This document shows, piece by piece, positions 38,911 to 52,176 of a stretch of 64,000 nt of DNA (position 1 is the stretch's first letter; every line of letters begins with the position of its first letter). Under the pieces are notes generated by a model, which had not been told where the DNA came from, made no database searches, and saw only the letters and a program-made list of their open reading frames with translations. Location of the stretch: positions 9,486,001-9,550,000 of the forward strand of contig NC_043022.1 in NCBI RefSeq assembly GCF_006345805.1. Direction: 5' to 3'. The position numbers were made by a program, and so were the translations under genes. The DNA comes from Octopus sinensis. Taxonomy: Eukaryota.

Positions 38911-39206
38911 GAGGTGTAGGATTTGAGACAATTATGTATGTAAAAGAAATATGATTAAGGTTGTTACCAGCAAAAATTTTCAGACCTTCTTCTATAAGTG
39001 CCAACGCTTTAGCAATATTTTTTGCAGTCAATTTAAGTGGAATTAGAAGAATTTCTATTTTATCAGTTTGTTTATGTTCTAAGGGGCAGTAGTAAATCAA
39101 CCACATCATCCTTTTTCATACCCTACATCATGTGTGAGTGTCACATTATCTTACCAAATTTAATGTAGAATTTCTGCTTGTAGAAAACTTATATAATCAT
39201 AGATAC

Positions 39207-39510
39207 TACAGTTCTATATTTAAGAGATGAGAAATTACGTACATTATTTACATTTGATGGATATTTGTCCTGCATATGGCGTAATGGTTAAGAGCGCAGG
39301 CTACTAACCCCAAGATTCTGAGTTCGATTCCAGGCAGTGACCTGAGCAATAATAATAATAATAATAACATTGGAAAATACCTTAGGAATGAGAACCCAGG
39401 TTCGAAATTTCCCCAAGACACCTGGCGAAGGCTGGAGGGTATATCAGCCGAAACGTTGTGTTAACAACAAACAAGATGAAGATAAATATCTGTCAAATGT
39501 AAATAATGTA
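39207..39510 (+). mobile_element. tRNA-headed short element with hammerhead-like motif and inverted copy of its 3' end
   Basis: A box tggcgtaatgg and B box gagttcgattcc (39272-39345), then (AAT)n, then acac-CTGGCGA-a-ggctg..cagcc-GAAA-cg-TT-gtgt (39418-39461). 39240-39271 is inverted at ~39480-39510. Confidence 0.7.
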
Positions 39511-39947
39511 TCACAGATACTGTCTGACCAAGCACCTTCCAATATTAAGGGTTTCACTTCATCCCTTAATGCAGCTGTTATCCATAACATCCATGTCAAG
39601 CTTCTCTATGTTTATATGATGGACTTTGTAAAATAATTTTTGTCATTGTTGATCTGGTATTTGAAACTAATTCACATGAAATTTTGACAGAAAGTTTTGA
39701 TTTAACCCATTAGCATTTAAACTGGCCATATCCAGCCCAGATATTTTTACTGGTTTTATGTTCAAATTGACCAGATCTGGCCTCTCACACTTATCCCACA
39801 ATGTCCTTCTAAAAATAAACAATCACTTCATCAAAATTTTGAAGTTGAACTTACAATATAATGCTTGATTAATTCAAAGCAATTTGTATAAATAAGAATT
39901 GCATTTGACAGAGTAATCTGAATGCTGAAGAGTTAATTCTCTTTTAA

Positions 39948-40445
39948 CCCCTTGATGCCGGTATTACCCGAAGCATGTGAGACACTGCTCCAGTTTTTTT
40001 ATCCAACGAGGCCACACAAACACATGAGTGCCAACGAGCTCGTCTCTATTTACATTCACCGTTACAATAACAGCATTGTACATTTACGTCTACCGGTTTA
40101 TGAAAACGAACTATGTGAAGCTGTTTATCATAATATGATATGCATGAGTTATTCTGCTCAAGTTCAAAAAATAGCTTGCGTGTGGTACAACTCAAAACAC
40201 GGTATTGTGCTTGTAAAGTATGCGCATGTCATTGGTCTACTGCTAGTCTCTTGACTTGAACGTAACCTAAAATAGCTACGATAATGCACGGGACGGCGAG
40301 CGTGTGCACAATAGCGAACCTAAACATACGTCAGCCACTATAAAGTCTGCGATAAATGTAGGGCAGCTCTACATCGTATATTTGTTAACCACGGGTAGGC
40401 AAGCAAAAGTGTGATCGCATATTTGTGTCAACCGTTGTCAAGGGG
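39948..40445. mobile_element. piggyBac-type MITE
   Basis: TTAA|ccccttga...tcaagggg|TTAA. Confidence 0.7.
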
Positions 40446-40698
40446 TTAAACCAGAAATTTGTACCATAGAACCCAGTGGGTAGCTATGAAAGGGTTAAAC
40501 CTTTCTCAGCAACCTTAGTACCGGCCGGGAAAGAATCTCCATTAGAAGTTTAATTTTCCTTTTTCTGCAAATTATCATACAAACCTCTGATTAATATTTT
40601 TCTTTTGAATAACCATTGTGTGTATTGGTACATTATGTCAAGTCTGAGCTTAGATTAATATAGTTACGAGATGTTCCACCTTTAGCATTACATTTGAC

Positions 40699-41425
40699 CA
40701 GTGGTTCTCAACTAGGGTCCAAATGACCCTTGGCCCATATGACCCATGAGGGTCCATGTGACCATTGAGGGTCCATATAAGAATTTTGGGGGTCTGTGCA
40801 AACAAAATAAACTGGAGTATATGCAGTAGCATGTAGTATATTAATATACAGTGGTATATTAAGGGTTCATTTTTATCTAATAAGTTAAAGCCTGGTGCTT
40901 ATTCTATCAGTCTCTCTTGCCAAACCACTAAGTTATGGCAATGTAAACACACCAGCACCAGTTGGCAAGCAGTGGGAAGACGACAAACACAGACACAAAG
41001 ACACACACATACAGATATATATATATATACACATACTTATATATATGATGGGCTTCTTTCAGTTTCCATCTACCAAATCCACTCACAAGGCTTTGGTTGG
41101 CTCAAGGCCATAGTTGAAGACTCTTGCTCAAGTTGCCACGTGGTGGGATTGAACCCTGAACCATGTGGTTAGTAAGCAAACTTCTTACCATGCAGTCATA
41201 CCTGCACCTATTCCAGATGTGTTTATTGCAAGAAACAGCCAGGTTTCTTTCTCTGACGTTCCACACAGGTTCAACCGACACAAGTGAATGTATAATAAAC
41301 AAAATAGGAATTTTGAAAGAAATATCTATAAAACTAGTTTCTACGTCAAATGGCTATGTGGGTTCACCAGAATGAAATAGTAATCAAAGGGGTCCATAGA
41401 TTAAAAAAATGGTTGAGAAGCACTG
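40699..41425. mobile_element. hAT-type MITE with nested SINE
   Basis: Ends cagtggttctcaac / gttgagaagcactg. SINE at ~40895-41210. Confidence 0.6.
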
Positions 41426-41439
41426 TATGTGGCCTTTGC

Positions 41440-41650
41440 TAAAATAAGGTCTGAGTAGCTAATGGAGTGGCTTCTTGAATATTTGATTTTCTCTCTATAG
41501 TCACATATTGTCCTTATTGTAGACATTGTAGGCTCTATGTGGCTGAATTCTTCTCCAGCATGAAGCCTTTTTAAAACATCAAGTTTAATATCCAGTGTAA
41601 TCCCTTTATGCATTTTTTTTTCGCACTATTGCTTTCGGCTAGACTTGATG
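41440..41650 (-). mobile_element. Tigger/pogo transposase N-terminal (CENP-B/psq HTH) fragment
   Basis: KGITLDIKLDVLKRLHAGE..STIRTICDYREKIK resembles the Tigger DNA-binding N-terminus. Confidence 0.6.
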
Positions 41651-43353
41651 GCTTCTTTCCAAAAATCTTGAATCGTAGTGTAAATCCATCAGTGGCAGCA
41701 ATCAATAATTATCCACAACAGATATGTAGAAAAAAAAAAAAAATATCACCATGAAAGGACTGTTTTGTGAGAAGAAAAAAGTTATTTTGTTATTCCCTTA
41801 GATGTAAGAATGGAAATGAGAAGATGAAAGGGTGAACGACTGAGATGAGAGGAAGTACTGATTGATTCTAGTTAGGTTAGTTGAAGGGTTGCCAGCTTCA
41901 TGGGCATTTCACTCCTTGCTCCTCTAACTTGAGCCATATTAACTGTACACACAGTCTCTCTCTCTCTCTTTTCTCCCTGTTGTATTGACATACAACATAT
42001 GTAGTTACAGACATTATCTTGCTGGTACCGTTATTGTTATCAATTAATCCTGAAGAATGACTCTGTCTGAAATGTTGGTAACTCCCTTTCTGGTGTCTTT
42101 TCCAAATAATACAATTATTTCTAATTCAGACCAATAACAATCTCTTTACCATTGGTTTCATCTGATATACATACATATACATCTAAAAAGATGTATGTAT
42201 ATATTTTTCTCTCTGCATATATATATATATCTCTTTCTCTCTACATGCATATATATATATATACATATGTGTGTGAGTTATGTTTGCATATAAATATGTG
42301 TGTAGATGTATATATATGTGCGTGTATATATGCATGTGTGGAGGTACATGGCTTAGTGGTTAGAGCAGCTGACTCACAGTCAAGGGATTGCAGGTTTGAA
42401 TCTCAGACCGGGCGATGTGTGTGTTTATGAGTGAAACACCTAAGCTCCACGTGGCTCCAGCAGAAGGTAATTGTGAACTTCTGCTGACTCTTTTGCCACG
42501 ACTTTCTCTCACTCTTTCCTCCTGCATCTTGCAGCTCACCTGCAATGGACTGGTGTCCCGTCCAGGTGGGGAACCTATATGCCAAGGAAACCGGGAAACC
42601 GGCCCTATGAGCCAGGGATGGCTCGAGAAGGAACAAACAATATGTATCATCACCATCATCGTTTAACATTCTCCTCTCATGTTGGAATAGGTTGGACAGT
42701 TTGATAGAAGCTGGCCAGGTGGGAGCTTGTGTCATGCTTCAGTGTCTGTTTTGGTATGGTTTTTACAGCTGGATGCCCTTCCTAACACCAACCATTCCAT
42801 AGAGTGGGCTGAGAGATTTTTACATGGCACTTGCACAGGCGAGGACAGTTTTGGCATGGTTTTTACAGCTTGATGCCCTTCCAAATGCCAACCACTTTAC
42901 AGTGTGGACTGGATGCTTTTTAAGTGCTGCCTGCACTGGCGGGGGGGGGGGCACCAAGTGACTTTACTAGACGAAGAGTCTTTGAGAAGGTTTATGATTT
43001 TCTGTATAAATGTGTGTGTGTGTATAAGTGTGTGGATGTATTTAACAGATTTAACCAAGAAATTCGGTTTTCTCCAGTTCATAATTTGTGCCTCTGAAAT
43101 AGAATTTGCGAAACAGTTTTAAAAGTATCTGTTTGTTTATATGTGTGTACGTATATAAACGTATGCATATATTGTGTGTAGGCGTATGTAGACACACAAA
43201 CACACACACACCTAGAATTATGTAGCGATGTCTGTAGAATTTCAAGTTTCGCTCTAATCCAATTCTAAGAATCTGTATTATTACGTTATTGGCAATATTT
43301 CATTCACTATAATCTGGTCAATTTCTTATTTCTCACTTGTATTTCCGTTTTGT

Positions 43354-43692
43354 GATAGTAGTAGTAGTAGTGGTGGTGGTAATAATAGTAGTAGTGGTGG
43401 TGGTGATAGTAGTAGTAGTAGTGGTGATAGTAGTAGTAGTAGTAGTAGTAGTGGTGATAGTAGTAGTAGTGGTAGTGGTGATAGTAGTAGTAGTGGTAGT
43501 GGTGATAGTAGTAGTAGTAATGGTGATAGTAGTAGTAGTAGTAGTGGTGATAGTAGTAGTAATGGTGATAGTAGTAGTAATGATGATAGTAGTAGTAGTA
43601 GTAATGGTGATAGTAGTAGTAGTAGTGGTGATAGTAGTAGTAGTAGTGGTGATAGTAGTAGTAGTAGTGGTGATAGTAGTAGTAATGGTGGT
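43354..43692. repeat. (GTA/GTG/ATA)n trinucleotide repeat
   Basis: Directly visible; gives the poly-V and poly-Y/H ORF artefacts. Confidence 0.95.
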
Positions 43693-44064
43693 CGTGGGAG
43701 CTTTTATAACGTTTATGCATACTAAACTACAATGTAGACGAACATATTAGCTTGGTGATGTTGTTTTAGCCTCGGTGCAGTTCTGGTGGAGCAAACACAT
43801 GACCAAATGCATGTTAATCAGGACCATCTCGTCTTTTTGTATGTTTTTCTTTTGGCACCTTCACCCCCACTCCCTCACATACATACACATTCTGTCACGC
43901 ATAAAAACTCTGTTACACACATTCTTTCTCTCTCTCTCCACACACACACGCCCCCCCCCATATACACTCTCCTTCATACATTCAGCGGTATATGTTATGC
44001 TATCAATCTTCATCTTTAACTTTATGACCGACCTTAGTTAACCACATAATTATCTGTCTCTATC

Positions 44065-44067
<3 letters not shown>

Positions 44068-44123
<56 letters not shown>

Positions 44124-44331
44124 TGTATATATATATATGTATATATGTATATATATATATATGTATATATGATATATCTATATAATGTATATATGTATAT
44201 ATATATATATGTATATATGTATATATATGTATATATATATATATGTATATATGTAATATATTATAATGTATATATGTATATATATATATGTATATGTATA
44301 TATATATATATTGTATATATATATGTATATA

Positions 44332-44364
<33 letters not shown>

Positions 44365-44426
44365 ATATATATATATTGTATATATATATGTATATGTATA
44401 TATGTATATGTATATATATTATTATG

Positions 44427-44457
<31 letters not shown>

Positions 44458-44610
44458 GTATATATATGTATATATATAATATATGTATATATATGTATAT
44501 ATATATATATAATATGTTATATATGTATATATGTATATATATATATGTATATATATGTTATATATATATATGTAATATATGTATATATGTATATATATAT
44601 ATATGTTATA

Positions 44611-44643
<33 letters not shown>

Positions 44644-44706
44644 ATTATATTATATATATGTATATATATGTATATATAATATAATAGTTATATATGTATA
44701 TATATG

Positions 44707-44737
<31 letters not shown>

Positions 44738-44890
44738 GTATATATATAGTATAATATGTATATATATATGTATATATATATATGTATATATATGTATATA
44801 TATAGTATAATATATGTATATATATAGATATATATATATGTATATATATGTATATACATATATATATATGATATAATATATTTATATAAC
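44068..44890. repeat. (TA)n/(TATG)n microsatellite
   Basis: Directly visible. Similar tracts at 15236-15640, 23958-24150, 29160-29910 and 60950-61350. Confidence 0.95.
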
Positions 44891-45119
44891 GTGTGTGTTT
44901 TTGTGTCTGTATGATTGCAGTTCAAACATAAGATTTGTTCACGCACACACGTAACACACACATACGTGTGTGTGTGTGTGTGATATCACATGCTCATGGT
45001 GTAATCTGTTGACAGGTCTTTCGTTCATTGTCCAGAAATGATGGACTGAAGTGATTCAATCCAGCACGCACCGAGTGTATTTAATTACAAAGAGGCTTGT
45101 TAACGTAGGGAGGCGGAGG

Positions 45120-45680
45120 ACACACATACACACACACACTCACTCTGTCACATACAGACATACTATCTCACACATACACGCACATAGCCACACACACGCA
45201 GTCTCTCACACACATTGTCACGTACACAATATCACACACACTGCCTTCATACATACAGACACTGCTAACTCGCTCTGTCACTTACATATACACACATGCG
45301 CGCACTATCTCACGCTCACATTGTCACACAAACACACAGCTTCGTACACACAATTATCACACAGCCACACACTCATAATCACACATACACACACACTCTC
45401 TCACACACATACTATCTCACAGATAATGACACAATGTCTCGTACACACAATTATCACACACTGTCACACGCTCTCTTTCTCCCCCTCCCTCCCTCTCTCA
45501 CTCACACACAGACACTATCTTATACACACACATACGCACACACACACACAGACACTCACTCTCTCATACACACACACACTCACTATCTCACACACACACT
45601 ATCTCACACACACACAGACACACACACAGACACTCACACAGACACTCACTATCTCATACACACACACTCTCACACACCCC
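45120..45680. repeat. Degenerate (CA)n low-complexity tract
   Basis: Directly visible. Confidence 0.9.
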
Positions 45681-46066
45681 ACTGATGGTTTATTTTGGAG
45701 TTTCAATCATTGAACAGACTACGGCCACACGAGGACACAACATCATTTGAAGGTGTTTATTCTAGATAATATCGATCAATCCCCACCCCAACAATACTAA
45801 CTTCAGTCTGGTACTTATCGATCTCTATCGAATTACCGCCAAGTTATAGGTTTTTTTTAAATAGTATATCTACAAAGTGTTCCCACCAACGTTGTTTCCT
45901 CATAGCTTTCAGCAAAATGGATATTTTTTTAATGAAATTTTTTACAAATACCCTTCAGATGGTGTAGGTTATGATGATACATCAGAATTGTTGGGTGCGT
46001 GTACACGTACATATTGACACACATTTCATATTTTTCCAAAATTTCAAGTGTCATTTTATAGATATA

Positions 46067-46501
46067 GGATCTTTTCGGTTTGAACGGCAGTTTTTAACAT
46101 AATTTCTAGGTAACTAAAAAATTTAAAACTTCGTATACTGGTAGAATGTGTTTATAAAACATCTTTTTCTCTTGCCTTTGTTGAGAAATTTCTATAGTTT
46201 GTACTATATTTGTTGTTTTTTTCTTCAATTTTTGCAATTTCAATTAATCAGTGATGTCTATTGAGGTAAATAACATTCTGTGCCATATGAATATGTCCCT
46301 CATTTAAGAAACAGATTAGGTTTATTTACATTTGTGAAGAAAAAAAGATACTCTTCCCCCACCCCTAACCCTAACCTACCCTAACTAACCCTAACCCTAA
46401 AACAGATTGAAATGCAATAGATCGATTCTAGGGTCATAATTATGGGTGACAATTTCATATGACACCACTAGAAAAAACTGCCGTTCAAACCGAAAAGATC
46501 C
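46067..46501. mobile_element. MITE with internal (CCCTAA)n-like tract
   Basis: TIRs ggatcttttcggtttgaacggcagttttt / aaaaactgccgttcaaaccgaaaagatcc. cctaaccctaac repeats at ~46363-46400. Confidence 0.8.
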
Positions 46502-48649
46502 GGCAATTCAATCCTAAACGTGAGGCAAACTAGGACATAAATATACATAACATAGAAATTACGTTTTTTTAATAGAAATTCTTAATTTTTATGACTTCCT
46601 CATCATTATTGTTATAAGACATGGTAGGAAATCAATTTTCCGCCATGTCTAATATTTAAAAAAAAAAATTTATGGTTGGGTGGTGGTACAAAAGTCTTTC
46701 TGATATATGTGATGTGTGTTAGTATGTATGTATGTATGTGTGTATGTATGTATAGAATGTATGTGTGTGTGACCACCAAAGGTCATGAAAAAAACCAAGT
46801 CAGAGAGTGGTGATTGGGTTGGTGTGCTGTTTTCTTTTTTTTTTTTTACATGAAAGGGATGAAACTTGATATTTGTGAACCTAATCCTTTATTTGAAACA
46901 GGTTAATGTGGTCTTGAGGGAGATTGGGTTGCTATTTTTTAGCCAATCCTCATTCAGGTGGAATGTTAAAAATCTGTCTTTGGCAGATTCTGGCAAATTC
47001 ATAAAAATATCAGAGATACAAATTATGAAATATCTAAGCTGTATTTTTTCATTAATTAATAATAATTGGCAGAAGTAAGGCAGTGAGCTGGCAGAATCGT
47101 TAGCATGTTGGATAAAATGCTTAGCAGCATTTCATCTATCTTTACGTTCTGAGTTCAAATTCCATCAAGGTTGACTTTGCCCTTCATCCTTTTGGGGTTC
47201 GATAAAGCAAATACAAGTTGAGAACTGGGGGTCAATGTAATCGACTTAGCCCGCCCCTGAAATTGTTGGCCATGTGCCAAAATTTGAAAGCAGTAATTGG
47301 CAGCAGTTACAGAGTGACTCAAGGGTTGTGAGTTTCATATGTAGGCCTTAGAGAATGTCTGGGCTGTGAATTTTGAACAAGTGAAGATGCATGGCTCAGT
47401 GGTCAGAGCATTAGGTTCACAGTGATGAGTAGTGAGTTCAATTCCCAGACTAGGCTGTATGTTGTGTTCTTGAACAAGATACTTTATTTCACGTTGCTCC
47501 AGTTCACTCAGTTGTAGAAATGAGTTGTGATGTCATTGGTGCCAAGCTGTATTGGCCCCTTTGCCTCTCCCTTGGAAAACATTGGTGGCATGGAGATGGG
47601 AGGCTGGTATGCATGGGCAACTACTTGTCTTCCCTAAACAACCTTACCTGGTCTTGTGCCTCGGAGGGGAACTTCCTAGGTGAAATCCCATGGTCATTCC
47701 TGACTGAAGGGGGTTTATCTATATGTGAAGGCGCATGGCCCAGTGGTGAGAGCATCTGGCTTACAAATCATGAGGTAGTGAGTTCAATTCCTGGACCGAG
47801 CTGTGTTGTGTTCTTGAGCAAGACACTCTATTTCACTTTACTCCAGTTCACTCAGCTGTAGAAATGAGTTGCGACATCACTGGTGCCAAGCTGTATTGGC
47901 CTTTGTCTTTCCCTTGGATGACATTTGTGGCACGGAGAGGAGAGGTTAGTATGCATGGATGACTGCTAGTCTTCTTTAAACAACCACTTGGGCCTCGGAG
48001 GGGAACTTTCTGGGTGCAATCCCAATGTCATTTGACTGAAGGGGGTTTCTTTAAATCTTAAACATTTGCAAGAATTGCATTGATGCCATTTTTGCAGTAA
48101 ATCTTGACTAACTAGGCAAGTATTAAACAAGCAAAAGCTTTCTACCTGGAATGTATGGTGAATTTTTTTTTTGAAGAGGATCCCCCAAAAAACCACGTGA
48201 CGTACATGATGTCACACAAAAATAATTTTTTTGATCTGAAAATATTAACTGCTAATTCTGCTGAATTTCGCCGGAGCCAGCATAACAACTCTCATAGTGT
48301 TAATTTGCATTGACCTTGAAATTTCCCAAAAATGCTAATGAGTTTGCTTGTTAACAGTTCTCATTTATGTGGTGTGACGTGCGTGACAAAAATGGATGTA
48401 AACCTTTTTGAGACAAAAATTTTCTATATCTCCCAAATAGTGTAGTTCTGGATGGAATTGTCTCAGTAGCGATATCATCATCATCATCATTTAGTGTCCG
48501 TTTTCCATACTAGCATGGGTTAGACGGTTTGATTGAAACTGGTGAGCCAGAGAGCTGTATCAGGCTCTAGTCTGTTTTGGCTTGGTTTTTATATGGCTGG
48601 ATGCCCTTCTTAATGTCAATCACTCCACAGAGTGTACTGGGTGCTTTTA

Positions 48650-49025
48650 TGAGTCACTGGCACAGGTGCCTTTTATGTGTAATTGGCGCAAATGCTTTTA
48701 TGTGTCACCAGCACAAATGCCTTTTATGTGTCACTGGCACAAGTGCTTTATATGTGTCACTGGCACAAGTGCTTTATATGTCTCACCAGCACTGGTGCCT
48801 TTCACGTGTCACCGGCACTGGCTCCTTTCATGTGTCACTATCACAGGTGCCTTACATGTGTCACCGGCGCTTGTACCTTATATGTACCAGTGTCACAGGT
48901 GTCTTATACGTGCCTTTTATGTGTCACTGGCACAGATGCCTTTCACATGTGATCGGCACTGGTGCTTTTTAAGTGTCACCATCATGGGTGCCCTTTATTT
49001 GTCACCAGCACAGGTGCCTTTTATG
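48650..49025. repeat. ~22-bp minisatellite expanded inside a SINE
   Basis: Unit approximately tgtcactggcacaggtgccttttatg, continuous with the SINE body starting at ~48475. Confidence 0.8.
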
Positions 49026-49076
49026 TGTGTGTTAGTGTTTGTCCCTCACTACCACTTGAAAACTGGTGTTGGTTTG

Positions 49077-49210
49077 CATTATTTACATTATTTACATTAT
49101 TTACATTCAACGGATATTTGTCCTCATCTAGATGAGGACAAATATCCGTTGAATGTAAACAATGTAAATAATGTAAATAATGCACATAATTCCTCTTTTC
49201 TTAAATATAG
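49077..49210. mobile_element. Palindromic insertion of the 3' end of the 39207-39510 family, inside a SINE
   Basis: Palindrome centred at tct|aga (49129/49130). Flanking direct repeat aactggtgttggtttg at 49061 and 49211. Confidence 0.7.
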
Positions 49211-49433
49211 AACTGGTGTTGGTTTGTTTACATCGTCAGTGGTTTGGCAAAGAGACTGATAAAATAAACACCTGGCAGCAGGGATGGTGGTGATTGCCTC
49301 CCACTGGTGGTCTAAGCAAATGTGGTCATATGCATCACAAAATCATATGAAAGATTCTCTCATGGTAAATGTTGCAGTATCGGTGTGTTCTAACACAACA
49401 TCCAATTTTAAGTGGTGATAAATTTTATCTTTT

Positions 49434-49938
49434 GGAATTCTGCTTTAAGCACCCTGTATATAACCCCCTCATAATATTTTTATTTTCTGGAATTTTCAGA
49501 AACGTTTTGTGAATTTCTGTTCTACTCATAGGAATTCATACAATTATGCAAAAACCAAATACAAAAATTTTTTTCTGTGTGTGATTTAGTTGTCATTTTT
49601 AGCACATCTCATGGTGACCTCACACCCTCCCCGTTTATTTGTCAGTCTGACATATTGATGTTTTTCATTATCTTTCTCCCCATAAACACATTTAATGGTC
49701 TTTTGCTGGGATTTAAGCCAAAAATTCGGATTGTCTGTAATTTAAACTCTGATTCAAAAAAAAAAAAAAATTCGAAAAATTAAAAAATTTTAAAAACATT
49801 TTTAAAAATTGAAAAAAAATTTTCTTTTCATATTGGTGTGAATTCCCACATGTAGAATGCAAATTTTCAACATTTTTCTGAAAATTCCAAAAAAGAAAAA
49901 GTTATGAGGGGTTATGTGAAGTGCTTAAAGCAGAATCC
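49434..49938. mobile_element. MITE with long imperfect TIRs
   Basis: TIRs ggaattctgctttaagcac...ataacccc.tcataa / ttatgaggggttat...gtgcttaaagcagaatcc. Confidence 0.7.
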
Positions 49939-51792
49939 TGCCTTTTGGTATTAACACTGCTTCAGTTGGTTTATTAACACTGGTATTAACACTGCTGTTG
50001 TTTTATTCAACTAAACCTTTCGAAACAGGGCCTCAGCATGGCCGCAGTCCATTGACTGAAACAAATAAAAGTGAACGAACAGTAGGGTTTCATTTGAGAT
50101 TTAGATGTTATTTTTTAGCAGCCAGAGAGCTACCATATTGATATCTCCTCGTTGGCTCTGTAAAATTTTAGGGTGTGGTTTATGGGAAAATCAGACTGCT
50201 ACTTCCATCTGGTCAGATATTAAGCAACAACACTCTAACAGCAATCTTTCCAAGGAAATTAACGTCTAATAGCATAAATAAACCCTTTAGCTCTTTGCCT
50301 GCCTAAAGCATTTTCATAATTTTGTCCTAAATATCTATACTCGATTTCAGACTATTAGTTAGCTAGTTAGCCTTTGTCAACATCCATTGACAAAGTTGGA
50401 AAGGCAAAGAAAATTTTGGAAGGAAAAATATAAATAATTATTGAGTGGAAATCAAAGACAATATGAATCTTCCCAGACACAACATAACTTGTTTCGTGTG
50501 TTCTGAGTAATGTAAAGCTTTTCCTTCATAAATAAGTCCCAAGTTAACTCTGCTGGTTGCATAAAAAAAAAGGGGGTGGGATGTGTGCCATATATCATGC
50601 ATGGACTTCAGGGAAATATGCCTTGTGTATCATGTAACACAGGACAAGCAAAAGTTTAAACTGTTTCTGAATGGACATCTAATCTTATTTAACAGCTATT
50701 TAGCTCTTTGCCTGTCCAAAGCATTTTCATAAATTCGTCTTAACTGTCCCATGCACATTTTTCAAACTTGTAGTTAATCCTTGTTTCATACATTCTGAGT
50801 AATTAGTCCCAAGTTAACCCTGGTGGTCGAAGAAAAATTGGGAATGTGTGTCATATATCGTGCATGGGCTTCAGAGAAATATGTCCTGTGTATCACATAT
50901 GGTACACAGGACAGGCAGAGGATTAAGTATATGAATATATATTCCAGTTATTGAGCTGCTCTGAATTAATATATACATGCTGTAACTAGACAGGAAATTT
51001 TAAATGAATTATCTTGCTATTTCCTTGCTTATAATCCTGTCTATCTGTTACAGCTTTTATAGATTTTTGGCTCCATTAAAATATCATATATTATGTTTGG
51101 ACGCCAATGAAATATGTCCTATGTGTCACAAATGACATACAGGACAGGCAAGGGGTTAAATTTATGGATATATTCCTGTCATTGAGATGCTCTGAATTAA
51201 TATATACATGCTGTAACTAGACTGGAAATTTAAAATAAATTATTTTGGTGTACTTGTTGTAATCATATCTATCAGTCATAGCTTTTATAGATTCTTCACT
51301 GTTTTACAGAAATGGGATTGTGTTTCATATATGCTGCCTAGATGCCTGGGAAATACGTCCTCTGTATTATATGTAATACACAAGACAGGCAAAGAGTGAA
51401 AGGCAGTATTTGTTTGGAAAATAATGTATGGTTTATTGATGGAAGAAATTAATTCGTGAAGGATGGTATAGCGTGTGTGTTTGCTCCGCTGTTGTGTTGG
51501 GCAATTCTATGGTAAAGTGTTTGGACCATGTTCATGTGGGACAGGCATACTCTCTACTCTTTTTACTCTTTTACTTGTTTCAGTCATGTGACTGCAGCCA
51601 TGCTGGAGCACCGCCTTTAGTCGAGCAAATCGACCCCGGGACTTATTCTTTGTAAGCCCAGTACTTATTCTATCAGTCTCTTTTGCCGAACTGCTAAATG
51701 ACGGGGACGTAAACACACCAGCATTGGTTGTCAAGAAATGCTAGGGAGACAAACACAGACACACAAACACGTACACACACACACATACATAC

Positions 51793-51842
<50 letters not shown>

Positions 51843-52176
51843 TATGACAGGCTTCTTTCAGTTTCTGTCTACCAAATCCACTCACAAGGCATTGGTTGGC
51901 CCGGGGCTATAGCAGAAGACACTTGCCCAAGATGCCACGCAGTGGGACTGAACCCGGAGCCATGTGGTTGGTAAGCAAGCTACTTACCACACAGCCACTC
52001 CTGCGCCTGTGAGCAGCTTTTTATAAGAAGTAGGCTGCATGAGCCATGGCTCATCGTTAGTGGTAGGCTGCATTACTCAAAAAAAACTCAAGATATTTTT
52101 TTGTTAGGCGTGCCATTCAGGAAGTCCTGTTGGCTGCAAGTTGCCCATGATCGATGTAGAAAATGTAGAAAAATTG

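Noticed and set aside
38528-39109. 193-aa ORF with 14-aa repeats
   Set aside because: Translation of the 42-bp minisatellite.
42046-42082. ctgaaga...gaaatgtt hammerhead-like string
   Set aside because: Stems I and III pair poorly and cannot be distinguished from chance.
43307-43750. Poly-Tyr/His and poly-Val ORFs
   Set aside because: Trinucleotide repeat that is open by construction.
45051-45713. 220-aa His/Thr-rich ORF
   Set aside because: Degenerate (CA)n tract.
48577-49259. Cys/His-rich ORFs resembling zinc-binding repeats
   Set aside because: 22-bp minisatellite within a SINE, open in several frames.
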